A stretch of 64,000 bases of DNA from Octopus bimaculoides (taxonomy: Eukaryota). Under the pieces are notes generated by a model. It did no database searches. It saw nothing but the letters and a program-made list of their open reading frames with translations, and was not told the DNA's origin. The position numbers and the translations under genes were made by a program. The DNA is taken from contig NC_068985.1 in assembly GCF_001194135.2 (NCBI RefSeq), positions 40,564,646 through 40,628,645 of the forward strand. Reading direction: 5' to 3'. Positions 12,401-27,916 of the stretch are shown here, piece by piece (within the stretch, counting starts at the first letter, position 1; each line of letters begins with the position of its first letter).

Positions 12401-15400
12401 GCACTAAATGCTAAATTTAAAAGAAAAAAAAAGAAAAAAAAAACAGAATCAGTAGACTGATGGGCAAAATATGTGGCATTTAGTTGTGTACTTTTACATT
12501 CTGAGTTCAAATCTTGCCAGAGTTGACTTTGCCATTCATCTTTCCAGGGTAGATGAAATAAACACCAATCAAGTACTGAAGTCAATATAATTGATTACAT
12601 TCTCCCCACAAAATTTGAGTCCTTGTCCCTAAGTTAGAGATCAGTATTATATCAGGGCAGTAAATTGGCAAAATCTGTGAAGTGGTGGGTAAAATGTCAT
12701 GTAGTATTATGTCTTTTGTAAGGTATTTAGTTAAGTCTTTTGTAAGCAGGTAAAGCTAACTCACATAGAGCTTGGCTCTACTTCTTATCTTTCTAGGATA
12801 TGTTAGAAAGTGACTCATAAAAAGCACTGCATATCTACTGCAATGAATTATTAAATTGATTTCTTTCGCAAGGACCTATACTAAGTTGTTGATTTAGAAC
12901 TGATTTCTAAGTTATTTTTACTTGATGTACACTTTAATCCTTTTGATGCTAACCCACCTGAAACTGCCTTGGATTCTGTGGTACAAAATTAAAACTTTCC
13001 ATCACAATTTCATGTATGTTCCAAACACCACCTTAAGAATGACAATTATTTTATCAAATTCTACATTAGTTAAAACAAAGTGTATTTCAACAGAAATGGC
13101 AACAAAAGGTATAAAGTAAATAAAAACAATTTGGCAAAACTTTGTGCATACAGTGAGAATATATATATTAAAATAAAGTTATATTTTAGCTTATGAATAT
13201 GAAGACTGAAGAAAATTTATTATATCGTTACTAATTCATCATCCAATAAATTGGTGATGAAATAATGACTTAATAAACAAAGTAGTTATTAATAAGAAAC
13301 ATGAGCTTGATGTTTTTTGGTGTTGTGTTCTACTTACATATATTCAAATTAACATCCCCTCATTTCATCTTCAATGTAATGAAATTGTTGTTGTTGTTTT
13401 CTTGAATTTAATGTTAGTGAGTGCAGAAAATCACAAACTCTACATGCTTGATCTTTTTTCTTTATGTCCATGATCACTGGACATACAAACCAATTATTCT
13501 TCAAATAATTTTAGATGTTTTTTTATTTTTTTTATTTTTATAAATGGCTTAAGAATCCAATAATTATGTGTTTGGTTTTTTTTTTTTATACCATATTTCT
13601 GTTGGAATACACTGCCTTTGTTTCAATTAATTTTTCATATAATGAAGAATTTAATAACATATTTTGATGGAAGATTTTAATTCAGATCACTTTAAAACAG
13701 GAAGTTTGTATCAGAGAAGCAAAGACAATCTTATATGGGTTGGCATCAAAAAATTTGATAGCAGAAAAATAGAAAATAAAAGTTTGATTTCTTTTCCAAC
13801 ACACCTTTACATCCCACTCTGAGTTTTGTTTGTTGTGTGTATTTTGTGTTATATTAAGACATTATATTTAGAATTTCAGTTTATAGTTTTCTTTTTTTTT
13901 TAATATTTTTTTATTTTCATTCTTCACCTAATTATACCTCACAGCATCCCAGTGTGCACTGCTTAAGAACCATTAATTCAGATAATTAATGAATATTTTC
14001 TAAACATGCAATGCCAAGTTCAAATACCTCTTAATGAGTTTGGCGAGTGTGACATAATGTATTTAGTACTACATTACCAAATTTGTCCTTTCTTTCTTGA
14101 AGAGGATAATGGTGTGATTTGAAGGCATTTTTATTGCTATTTCCATCAGGTTCAGGTACCCATTTAGAGGCTCCTTCATTTCTTGTTAAATCTTGAGTTT
14201 TATGTTTCTGTTATAAAAAAAATGTAAAAGAGAAGTTCAGAGAAAATTAGTAATTGTTCTGGAATCTTTTGTTTCAGATAAAATCAAACTGAAACTTGCT
14301 GAAAGCTTTCTGTGCGACCATTTGATCGACTCAATCCATTCAAGTCTTGAAGAAAAAGAAGAAACTAACCAACAATTCTTAAAGACATCTTCAGATTTAA
14401 TTGTTTTACTTTTAACAGGAGGTAAGATTAGTAAGATTAAGAACTAAAATTGTCCATAACATATTGGGTTATATTTTGCTTCTAATTTCTTTCTACATTC
14501 ACATGTACATAGATGTGCACGCACACACACATAAAATGTTGGGCCTTTGTAAAATAAGAATTTCAAATCTAAGAATGACATTGAAACCACTGCTGCAAAT
14601 TGAATTACGTATCTTTTACATACCTGGTAAATGGTAGTATGTCTGTTAATGATAGCATGCTTACCTGATTAGCAAAAGATTCTTGATTCAAGTCTAAAGA
14701 GTGAATTTGTTGTTGTCTGGGAGCTAGATGGAAACTAAACAAGAAGTCAGAGAGCAAAGAGACTGTAGTTTCCATCACTGCCACCATTTTAACATACATT
14801 ACACAATGCTTGTACAGGTGGGCAGATCTTCTCCAGCACTGAGCGTACCAATCATGGTCTTTCATGACTATAATGATTGGCAACATCACCTTCATGAGGC
14901 ACAGTGTCTTGAGATCAGTTTTCACTGCTTTATCTTATATATGTCTTCTCTCTTGCACACTACATCTGATTTCTCTTTTATCCAGTTTTCTCTCAATTTA
15001 TTTGTACTCCATCATTCATACTAAAACATTATACACCCAGCAAATCATACTCACTTCATTCCTTTGTTGACTTTGCAAATCCTGTTATTCAAGATTTTTT
15101 ACCCTGCAGTGTCACACTTTGTACACAAGCATTTTACAGTCTCCTCTTCACTTTGAAAGAGTAACCCTTTGTTGCCCGGAGATTTTTCATTCTGGTGGTT
15201 TTGTAATATATTATTACTTGCAGTTTGTGGCTAAGTATGATGTGTATCATGTTTGGTTTTTTGGTTTTTTTCTTCAGTTTTTAATGATGTATTCATACAA
15301 GCTGTAACCAAAATACATGGACACACAAGTACAACATTTTTTCATTGACTGACCACTTGTCTTTATTTATTTATTTACCTATTTTTTGTATATTTATTTC

Positions 15401-18400
15401 TAACCTTTCTGTGAATTCCAGACAAAAGTATGGAAGTCCTTTTCAAAAAGGGTAAAGGGGCAGTATATGCTGAATCTGTGAGTTGGCTCGAAGGAAATAA
15501 TGAATATTTACAAATATCAGGAGCTCTTGCAATTGGCAACTTTGCTAGAAATGGTCAGTCATTTTATTTTTAAATTTGATGTAATTTTTATTGCTGTTAT
15601 TTTATTCATTATCCCATCAGAGAATAAGAATTATATGCAAATGTCTCCTTTTGAAGATGCTGCATCAACATGACCACAATGGAATGACTGAAACTAGTTA
15701 AAATGAAACAGTGTAGTAAACTAGTGATTGTTTTATTGCACACATAACAAGTGATGTATTACCATCATCATTGTTCTAATTTCTACTTTCCCATGCTCAC
15801 ATTGATAAGACAAAACTATGTTTGGGCAGAGTTTTTTATGACTTTATGACCTTCCAGGCATTAACACTCATCTGTTTCCCCTATTGTATCAAACAACAAA
15901 CAACCCAGATATAGTTTGGTAGAGAACTGGAAACAAAGAACACCATTTGAATGCACCTTTTTTTTTTCCAAAGATTGGGCAACCTGTCAAGACATGTCAA
16001 AAGGCCCCATGATGTGCTTTTGTGGTGAACTGCAAACAAACAACACAGCCTGTATGAACATTGTTGCTTTAGCTACGAGGGATTTTTAAGGACTGGTGCT
16101 TAACTCTGATTCCTATGTGAGGTGAATAAGTGTTAAATCTCTTCCAAGATAAGATGCCAGTCTATCATAAGCAGCTTTCCTTGAAGATCTGGTACATATT
16201 CTCACTGACATCATCACCATTATCATCATCATCATCATCATCCAACCCATGCTGGCATGGGTTGGATGGGTTAACCAGAGCTAACAAGCAGGACAGCTGC
16301 ACCAGGTTCCAGTCTGATTTGCCTTGATTTCTACTGCTGAATGCCCTTCATAACACCAACCACTTTACAGAGTGTGCTGGGTACTTCTTATATGGCACTG
16401 GCATGGGTGCTTTTACATGGTGCTGGCATGGGTTCTGTTATATGATGCTGGCGCAGGTGCTTTTTACATGGTGCCAGCACATGGCTCTTGCAGAACAATC
16501 CTCTTCATTGGGGGAGCGGCATTAATAATTCTGCTATGGAAAACAGATCTTCTTGAGTATAGCAAGGTGCCAGATATCTCAGTCCTTTGTCATCTCCTTC
16601 ATAAGGTACAGTGTCCTGAGATCATCCTTCAGTACTTCGTCCCAGTCTGGTAATGAACTGAGGTCTTCTAGATTGAAGTATTCTGACCTGAGACACAACT
16701 CCTGCTGTGTTTTGAACTCCTGACCCATGAACAAGTAATCCAATATATTACCTATTTGGCCATTATACCTCTGCAAGCAATAGTTCCTACAGCTTACCAA
16801 TTCTTAAGTCAAATGAAACAGACATATAATCTGTTTTCTGTCAGTTATCCAAACTGAGGCAAGTAGAATTGATGCTATTGTTGCTTAACACTAGATCAGA
16901 CTTTGTTAAACCAACTTGTGATCAAATATGCTCTGGTTTTGACTATTTTATCTTTCATTCAAAGTACCTATGTGTGGCTACATTATCCAGTGTGTTTTTC
17001 CGTTTGTAAAATGATATGGTGTGATCTAATAGAGATTTAGCTGCTGTTTCTTGTAAATTGAGTGATCACATAGAAGTTTCCTCATTGGCTTTAGGTTAGC
17101 AGAATTATGTGCTCAGGCACACAACATCAATAGCATTCCTGGGCATATAACTCTGCAAACTTCAAAGTTTGGACCTTTGATTATTTAGGCGTTAATGATC
17201 ATAAGAGCACAAATGATTATGTAAGTATTAATGAGCTTTGAACACTAATGATCATTAAAGCAGTTATGGTCGTGCAAGCATCTAGTTTGAAATATCAAAT
17301 GTATAAAGATTATGGTGACTGTTGCTTAGCTCTAAGCTAGCCTTGAATGAGTAGATCTATGATCAAAGACATTCCAACCTTGCCCTGCACACAGGCATTG
17401 GTTATATTATCTAATTTGTCCTTCCTTTTCTAGATGACAAGGTATAATTTTAGAGAGATTGGACTGCTATTTCTAGCATATGGAGTGACCACATACTAAC
17501 TCTCAGTGGCAACGGCAGCAGCGAAGAAGAAGAAATGTTGGTAGCAGTGAAGTGGGGAGGATCGTGACAGAAGCAGCAGTGACAGGAGGGGATGATAATG
17601 ACGTTGGTGGTGATGATGAGGATGCTGGTGAAATGAAAGAGACAGTGGGGGGGGGACAATGAAAATAGATGGGAATAGACATTTGGAGCCATGACTGCTT
17701 CACATGTAATTAAACAAGGTGGAGTAAAAGTGAACTACTAACCACAGCAATTAAAACCCATAAGTACAAGAACTCAGATGGGGACAACTTTCAGCAAATG
17801 TAATTTAAAAACAACAATAATGATAATAATGGTTTCAAATTTTTGGTGCAAGGCCAGCAATTTCGATAGAGAGAGTAAAATCAATTACATCGACCCCAGT
17901 ACTCAACTGGTACTTATTTTATCAACCCCAAAAGGATGAAAGGAAAAGTCAACCTCAGTGCAATTTAAACTCAGAACATAGAGACAGATGAACTGCTGCT
18001 AAGCATTTTGCCTGGCATGCTAATAATCCTTTCTACTATTGGCACAAGGCCTGAAAATTTTGGAGGAGGGGACTAGTCGATTACATCAACCCCAGTGTTT
18101 CACTGGTACTTAATTTATCGACTCCAAAAGGATGAAAGGCAAAATCAACGTCATCAGAATTTGAACTCAGAACATAAAGACAGACAAGCATTTTGCCCCA
18201 CAAGCTAATGATTCTTCCAGCTTGTCACCTAACAATAATGATAATAATTGTTTCAAATTTTGCCACACAGCCAGCCATTTTAGGAGAGGGGATAAGTCAA
18301 TTACATTGACCCCAGTGTTTCACTGGTATTTATTTAATCAACCCTGAAAGGATGAAAGGCAAAGTCAACCTCGGCAGAATTTGAACTCAGAATGTAGTGA

Positions 18401-21400
18401 CAGACGAAATATTGGTAAGCATTTCACCCAGCATGCTAACGATTCTGCCAGCTTGCCATCTTAACAACAAGTGTAATAATAATAATAATAATAATAATAA
18501 CAACAATCCAAGCACCCGAAGGACCCATCACTGATACAAATACAGGAGTACGTCCTCATAAATTAACATCCCCCTACTAAATAGGAGATACACATAGAAG
18601 GTATATATATATATATATATATATAGGTAGATACATGGATATGTAGATAAACAGATAGGTACATGGGTAATATAGACAGACAAGCACATACACACATACA
18701 TCATACATACATATGTGTATACACATGCATGCTGACACACAGCTCTGATAATGAACATTGGATAATGAAGAGATTGCAAGAAGCAATTTTGGGAAAAATA
18801 AAAAATAAGTAAATGAGTGCAAATCGAACTGGTGTGTTAATTAATAAGGCATTAAAACAGAATGACTCTCCCCAGACGCAACAAAATAATAATAATGATT
18901 AATGATAATATTAGTTTCTGGCAGAGACATAAGGTCACAAATTTTGGGAAAAGGAATGGTCAGTTATATTCAATATTAAACCATAATTTTTTGAAAAAAT
19001 AGAAAGAAATCATTATTATTATTATGCTGCGATTGACTTTGCCTTTCATCCTTGTAGGATCGATGAAATGAGCACCTGTTGAGCACTGGAGTTATTGTAA
19101 TCAACTTACCCACTCTCCTGAAATTACTGGCCTTGTGCCATCACATGACAGTTGTAAACAAGTGTCACTATAGTGCAGGTGGTGTCCTTCATTTCCAATC
19201 TTCTGTGAAAATATGTCTAGAAACAGGTGAGGGTTGGCAACTGGAAAGACATCCAGCTGTAGGAAGCCTGCCTCAACAAATTCCATCTGGCCCATGCAAG
19301 CATGGAAAAGTGGACATTAAAATGATGAAGATGATTAAATTAAATCTTTAAAAATCTGTGGTACCCATAGAAGCCCTTTATGGTATACCAATGCAGTAGT
19401 ACACTATGGCACCAGTTTCAGAACTTCTGTTCTAACCAATGACTCAGTTCATTCAGAGCTTTAAATCTGCTCAGACTTGTTATCATCATCATCATCATCA
19501 TCATCAACAGAAGCAGCAGCATTATTGTCCTCACTCTCACCACTACCATCACCACCAAAGGAAACCTCTATATGGTCATTTGACCTACTTGGTATAGTAA
19601 CCAAATCTACCTCAAACAACGCCTTTCTGTCTCAGGAAAAGGACACATTGGATAATGAAATCTCAGATACATGATACCTAGAACAAAAAATGATAGGATT
19701 CCCATGGCTGCAATGCCTTTCATAAATCTTTCTACAAAAAAATTTTCTTTGTAAACTGAAACTCACTAAAATATAATTTGTTATATTGCTGTTGTTTGGG
19801 TGTGGAACTGATGCTAACCCTCTAAACTGATGATTCACTGGTATTTGTTTAGTGTATTAAGTTCTTGATGCAATTTTCTTTTCTAATGGTATGAAATGAT
19901 GACTTGACAATCTTGTTTTTTTTTTTTTTTTTTTTTTTTCTTTATCTGAGGCCAATTAAATTCAACCTTTTAAGCTGTCTTGTAGTAACAACAGCCACAA
20001 TGATATGATCACATGCATACACACATTTATTCACACATTCATGAGAAATCAAAAAACACTCATGCACAGATGTGCACACACACATGTAGTCAGTTATACT
20101 CACTATAGTATGAGACAAGAAACATCCAAATATTCAGTCTTCATATCACTATCTTTAATTTAGTAATCCACAGTTCATCATCATCATCGTTTAACGTCCG
20201 CTTTCCATGCTAGCATGGGTTGGACGATTTGACTGAGGACTGGTGAAACCGGATGGCAACACCNNNNNNNNNNNNNNNNNNNNNNNNNNNNNNNNNNNNN
20301 NNNNNNNNNNNNNNNNNNNNNNNNNNNNNNNNNNNNNNNNNNNNNNNNNNNNNNNNNNNNNNNNNNNNNNNNNNNNNNNNNNNNNNNNNNNNNNNNNNNN
20401 NNNNNNNNNNNNNNNNNNNNNNNNNNNNNNNNNNNNNNNNNNNNNNNNNNNNNNNNNNNNNNNNNNNNNNNNNNNNNNNNNNNNNNNNNNNNNNNNNNNN
20501 NNNNNNNNNNNNNNNNNNNNNNNNNNNNNNNNNNNNNNNNNNNNNNNNNNNNNNNNNNNNNNNNNNNNNNNNNNNNNNNNNNNNNNNNNNNNNATCGCTT
20601 CGGTGAGGCCCAATGTACGAAGGTCTTGCCTCACCACCTCAGCCCAGGTCTTCCTGGGCCTACCTCTTCCACGGGTTCCCTCAACTGTTAGGGTGTGGCA
20701 CTTTTTCACGCAGCTATCCTCCTCCATTCTCACCACATGTCCATACCAGCGCAATCGTCTCTCTTGCACGCCACAACTGATGCTTCTAATGTTCAGCTTT
20801 TCTCTCAAGATACTTACACTCTGACGGGTATTCACATTGACATTACACATCCAACGGAGCATACTGGCTTCATTCCTTGCGAGTTATCATTAAATATTCA
20901 ATCTCCACATCACTATCTTTAATTTAGTAATCCATAATTATCATCATCATCGCCACCATTGGTTTTTCCATGTGCAGCTGTTGAATTTCTAATAAAATGC
21001 ATATTAAAACCACACATACTTTCTCAGTATATATCATGAGTGGCTGTGTGATAAGTAGCTTGCTTACACCAACCACATGGTTCTGAGTTCAGTCCCACTG
21101 CGTGGCACCTTGGGCAAGTATCTTCTACTGTAGCCTTGGGCTAACCAAAGCCTTGTGAGTGGATTTAGAAGCCTGTCGTATATATGTGTGTGTATGTTTG
21201 TGTGTCTGTGTTTGCCCCCCCCCCCNNNNNNNNNNNNNNNNNNNNNNNNNNNNNNNNNNNNNNNNNNNNNNNNNNNNNNNNNNNNNNNNNNNNNNNNNNN
21301 NNNNNNNNNNNNNNNNNNNNNNNNNNNNNNNNNNNNNNNNNNNNNNNNNNNNNNNNNNNNNNNNNNNNNNNNNNNNNCGTAACTTAGCAGTTCAGCAAAA

Positions 21401-22697
21401 GAGACCGATAGAATAAGTACTAGGCTTACAAAGAATAAGTCCTGGGGGTCAATCTGTTCGACTAAAGGCGGTACTCCAGCATGGCCACAGTCAAATGACT
21501 GAAACAAATAAAAAAGGAAAAAAAAACAGTTGCTAAGAATTACAGCTCGGTTTTTGCTGTCTTTCTCCAACTTACAAAGAATAAGTTCTGGGGTCTATTT
21601 GCTCGACTAAAGGCAATGCTCCAGCATGGTTGCAGTCAAATGACTGAAATAAGTAAAAGAATAAAAGAATATATTAATTGGCAGAAAATTACAAAAGTAA
21701 TTCAAGAGCCAAAAGTTTTGTGAATAGAAAAAAAATATTAAAAAAATAATTTTACAAAATTTACAATGCAGACATGGTTGTGTGATGAGAAGCTTACTTC
21801 CTAACAACATGGTTTCAGGTTCAGTCCCACTGCATGGCACTTGGGACAACTATCTTCTACTATAGCTTCAGGCCGACCAAAGCCTTGTGAGTGGATTTGG
21901 TAGATGGAAACTGAAAGAAGCCTGTCCTATATCTATGTGCGTCTGTCTGTTTGTTCCCCACTACCACTTGACAACCAATGTTGGTGTATTTATGTTCCCC
22001 ATAACTTAGTGATTTGGCAAAAGAGATCAATAGAATAAGTAGCAGGCTTAAAAAAAAGAGTACTGGGGTGTCGATTGGATTGACATCATAATCCTTCTCT
22101 CTACTTTTTTATGATTATAAAATTATCTTAGAGCAATGCTGTTACAATTATAATTTATCAAACCACATCTTTAGAGTGAATATTTACAATATATTTATAT
22201 CTGCACTACATTTCAAACAGCTTAATCATCATATGGGATCTGATTCATCATATGGTGCCTAATTCTTTGATAAATGTACAGGCTCCAAGACTGAATCCAA
22301 AATAAGAATCTTTATTTGTAAACTAACGAAACTAATGTTCATATTCAGTAAACCAGTGACACACTGACTTGAATTGTTGTTATTATGATTAAAGGTAGTG
22401 AATTGGCAGAATCAGTAGATTATCCAATGAAATGCCATGTGGCATTTGCTTACAGCCTTTTACATTCTGAGTTCAAACCCTGCTAAAGTCAACTTTGCAT
22501 TTCATCCTTGCAGTGTCAATATAAACTATCTGTCAAGTACTGAGCTTAGTTTAATCAACTAACCCATCCTTACAAATTTGTGGTCTTGTGCCTATGTCAG
22601 AGAGTTATTAAGATGATTATTTTTCAATCTGTTAAGATTATATGTTAACATGCATGCACACACACACACACACCACTCTCTCTCTCTCTCTCACACG

Positions 22698-22761
<64 letters not shown>

Positions 22762-25700
22762 TTGATTTCAGTCCGTCATCATGCACCTTATTTCTGGGTA
22801 TGTACATGTTCACATATATAGAATAAATTTGTTGTGATTGATAATATTGTTTATTTGTTTAAGGCTGCCATCATTGAATTTTCGTTTTGATATTATTGAC
22901 AGATTAAATAAATAAATATTATGAAAGAAATTCCAATGGAAACTTTGCCAGAATTATTGTCAGTAAAATAATTTCAGCAGTCAATGTAATTATTTTTCTT
23001 GTTTTAGATGAACATTGCTTATTGTTGGTGGAAGAAGGCGTTGTTACAAAAATGTTAAATTTACTCAAGCAACAAGACCGTAAAGAACCAAACATACCAT
23101 TACTTCATGCAATACTAAGTGCTTTAAGGAACCTTGCTATTCCTTGTAAGTTCTCATTTTCAAGGTTTCAGTTATCTTTCAAGAGTCTTGTGAGAGGAAA
23201 ATAATGAGGTGTATTATTTTTATATATAATAATATTATATTATAATTATAATTTTTATATATAATAATATATTATAATTATATATTATATATTATATATA
23301 TTATAATATTATATTATATTTAATAAAATGTAATAGTTATATCTATTAATTAGATATACTAGTTATTAACTTATATGTTAGTTAATAACTAGTATATAGT
23401 TTTAATTACACATACTAGTTATATATACTAATTATATAAACTAGTTATAACTACTAATTACATGTACTAGCTATATGCTCTAATTTCTAATTGTGTGTGT
23501 GCATGTGCGTGCTATAGCTACTAATTCTATGTACTGTAATATTTATATTTATTAATTATCCAAGATATATGTTCTGATTATATGTACAAGTTATATGTAG
23601 TAGTTGTATATACTTGAAGCAATATCAAACTGGCATTGTACTTTACTGGGTAACAACTTGCTAGGCCCCTGTGCATTTTCATTTTAAAGTAATAATAAGA
23701 TGATCAGGTGGATACAATGTTGAGTTCATATCAAAGTAGGGGTGAATTGTTTGTTTAGGCAAGTTACTTAATTCTACATATCACTATCATTACCATCATC
23801 TTCATCATCATCATTCAACATCCACTTTCCATGCTGGCACAGGTGGGTTGGGCAGTTTGACAGGATCTGGCAAGCTTCAAGGGTGCATCAGGCTCTATTT
23901 TCAGCTTTGGCATGATTTCTATGGCTCAATGCCCTTCTTAATACCTGTCACTTTACAAAGTGTATTGGATGCTTTTTATATGCCACCAGCACTAGTGAGT
24001 TTGCTGTGTAACTTGCAAGACAAAAAAAAGAGCAGAGGGAAAAGAAAAAGAGAAAATCTTCCACTACTAAGAGGGGAATATTTAAGAGGAAAATATGGAG
24101 GTGAGTGGCTTATTATAGGTGTTGAAAGACTGAGGGACAAGGAGATAGATAGCTGAAGGGGATAAAAAGAAGGTAGTAATGGAGTACCAGCGCAATCTGT
24201 CATGGTACAAGAAAATGAACATGAGGGGATATGGACAGTTGGTCATGGAAGGGGAGGAGTATGAGGATACTCCCATAAGGGTGCAAAGGTTGAGTAACAG
24301 GTGGTTAAAGATGAGGGTAGAGGTGAATGTAGTGAGTGATAAACAAATGTGAAGGTGCAGTTGAAGAGAAATATTGGTATGGAGATGGGTAAGGAAGGAG
24401 ATATAGAAGTGGCTCAGAAAGGAGAATAAATCCGAAGGTAGTGGAATGATGTGTAAGGTGTAGGAGCAGTGGAAAGGGAGTTATAAAGGAACATAAGGGG
24501 GCTATAGTAAGTGGGATATAATTTTAGACTTGGGAGAGCATTGAGAATGATAGCAGATAAGAGAGATGTTATGAATGGAGTATAGAGAGATAAAGAGAGA
24601 GCAGTGGCTGAAGGCACAGGCAGGAGTTGATTGGTGGAAATAGTATGGGTGAGGATGATAATGAGAAATGGAAGTGATTCCAGTGGGAGAGGGGAGGGAG
24701 GGGATGTAATATGTGCCAAATATGCTCTCAGCTGACTACAGCAGCTGAGTAGTCCCACCAATGAGTGTGTGTTAGGGAGGAGAATTGGGAGAGCTGTTTG
24801 ACATGTCAGAGAATGAGGCATGAGGGCAGAAATTCCTTCCTCCTCCCCCTATACACACATAATTCAAATTAGTTCAGAAATACATAATAGATATTGGACT
24901 ATCCATAAATGCTACCTGAGAGAGAGACTAGTATCATATACAGGAGAAGATTTTTTTTTTTTATCTTGATTAAATTAGTCCAGAAGAAGAAAGGAGTTGT
25001 GCTCATGTCTTTCATATGTCCTCCAAGATTGGTTGAGGCTGACATGGTTAGCATCACCATTGAACAATTGCAAGTTGATTGCTGCAAGATACATACGTAC
25101 AGTGGAGAGATCACAAGGATTGGCACATTGAGGAAGAAAGGTTTAAGTGTAGGGATTTATGTGAGGCCTGAGGCAGGCTTATCACCAGACTTTAGTGATT
25201 GGAGGTGCTTCAGAATGCTCTGGACGGGTAGTAATTTGTAATAATGCTAAACTGGAGTTTCAAAATAAGTGCATCACTGTGAATCTGAGGTGCACCATTG
25301 AATAGTGGGACAATGCCATTCAATGCACCTCCATAGCAGCAGGCATGGCCTGGGGGATGAACACAACATGGGCAATGAGAAAAGGAGAGATAAGAAAATC
25401 ATGGTTGCCAGGTAAGAGAGAACATGAAGCATTTTTTTTTCCCAAGCATATTGCACTCTGGACTAGACTTTCCAATATGTCTTTCTTTTGGTTACAATTT
25501 ATAGTAATATGTCAAGTAACCTTGTGGCATTTCTTTTGATGTGAATTTGAAAGGTGTAAATCATTGCCGACATGATTTTATCATTCAATAACATCTGACT
25601 GTGTTACTTTCTGAGTGTTGTTGTTCTTGTTTTCTGTTACAGTAACCAATAAAACTAAACTAGTCAATGCTGGCACTGTCGAAGTTCTCCTCAGCTTCTC

Positions 25701-27847
25701 TTCCACCCCTATACTAGCTGTGACATTCAAACTGTTAGGAGCTCTACGAATGTTAGTTGACAACCAAGGTAAGTTAATTATATGCAATTCCTGACATTGG
25801 TGAGGATGAGAGTGGTGGTGATGGAGAGATGAAAGGCGAAGTTGAATGTAAAGAACTAGAACAAATTCTGCAAAGCAATTTTTCTGATATTCTGGTTATA
25901 ATATTATTAACCACAAAGATTGACATTATCATCCTCTTTATTTATTTTTTTACCTCCACTTCAGAAGAAACTGCTAAACTTCTTGGCCGTGATAAAGTCT
26001 TCTTACCTAAATTAGTTGAGTGGTGTAATGTTGAAGAACATGCTGGAGTGAAAGGTCAGTATCTTTTAGATGTTTAATACTGTTTCTACTATTGCTGTTA
26101 TCATTGTTGTTGCTACTGTTGATATCACAATTTCTGCTATTGCTCCCACTGTTGTTTATCAGTTCTGAGAATGTGTCTCAGAGTACCGCTTGACTGGCCT
26201 TCGTGCGGGTGACACGTAAAAGCACCCACTACACTCTCTGAGTGGTTGGCGTTAGGAAGGGCATCCAGCTGTAGAAACTCTGCCAAATCAGATTGGAGCC
26301 TGGTGTTGCCATCCGGTTTCACCAGTCCTCAGTCAAATCGTCCAACCCATGCTAGCATGGAAAGCGGACGTTAAACGATGATGATGATGATGCATGAAGC
26401 TACCACTTTCAATATTCACTGAATCACAGCTGAACTGTAATATCTCAGTAGGTCATTATGCGTTAGTTAAATTTCACTTCATTTGGTTAATCAATCAGTC
26501 GATTGTGTTTGCTAAAGTCCTTTCATCACCATTTGTGACCTCTTCAATGACATGCCTTCTCTAATCCTACCTAAAGCTGACTTGGAGTAGAGAGGGTCAA
26601 GAATGGCAACGAAAAAACTTTGACAAACACAATTGATTGATTGTTTTACCAAATGACTAACTGGACAATTTAATGGTTAGTTAGTTAAATAGCTAACCAA
26701 TAAATAACCAATATTAAAGAAGTGAAATTGAACCAATGCATGTGTTTATTATTGGCATAATGATCCAATCAAGATATGACAAAATCTGTTTCAACACCTA
26801 AGTTCGCATCAAGAATCTTGCAAACCAAATACAAAAGCAAAATAACTGAACTGGCTTAAACAGATTTAAAGAAAAACAGACTCCATAATGACAAAATAGC
26901 CTAGTGAACAAGGTACTGGTCATAACATAAAATTTACTGCTGGAGTTTTATTTTGTTTCTGAACTGGACCTTTATTCTATGTTGCCTCAGATCACACAGC
27001 TGTCAAAAATAAATGCCAGACTGTTTGGTGCAAGTCTATGAGAAAATTTATCCTCTATCAACTTCACACTAGTCTTCAAAATAAATAAGAACCAGGGTCG
27101 ATTTGATTGACTAAAATCCCTCAATGCTGTACCCCAGCATGGCAGCAGTCTGATGACCAAAACATGTTTGAGAATTTAATGTATTTGTTGTTTTGAAATT
27201 GTTATTCTTCTGTTTCAATTGCTAGGTGAAGCCACACGGCTACTTGCATGGATAATAAAATACAGCAAAAATGGTGAAGTGATAAAGAATATTGTACGAG
27301 CTGATGGTATCCAGCACCTTGTGACCATGGCAACTTCTGAACATGTCCTCATGCAGAATGAAGCTTTAATAGCTCTGACACTCATAATTGGATCTTCCGT
27401 TTTAGGTATTGAACTTCAATATAATACAACTATATGTTGTGTGTGTGTGTGTGTGTGTCTACTGTGAAGAGACAGACTCCTGAGAGTTTTTATAAGTTTT
27501 GCTTCAACATCTATTCTAAACCACTACTACGTCTATTGCTATAACACCACTAATGATCACTATTACTACCACTACAAACTAACAAGGGAGACTCCACATG
27601 GTTGCACATTCTGTTAAAACATAGTAACCAAATTTCCTTCACTGGTCCTGGATTTCCTGCGCAAAGGAAAATGATGAGATGGTCACAGCTGAAATGCAAT
27701 TTAATCATGAGTCAGCATGATCAGGGCTGACCTGGGACCAAGCAACAAATACTACCATCACTACTACCAACAGTTTACAAAACTAAAATCCCCTTTGACT
27801 AAGTAGGGCTCAACTAAGTATGTCTGTGTGTATATGTGCATGTACGT

Positions 27848-27916
<69 letters not shown>

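Noticed and set aside
24414-24821. 135-aa ORF as a nested antisense gene
   Set aside because: P/S/L/T-rich composition within a purine-skewed LINE relic; no splice or domain support.
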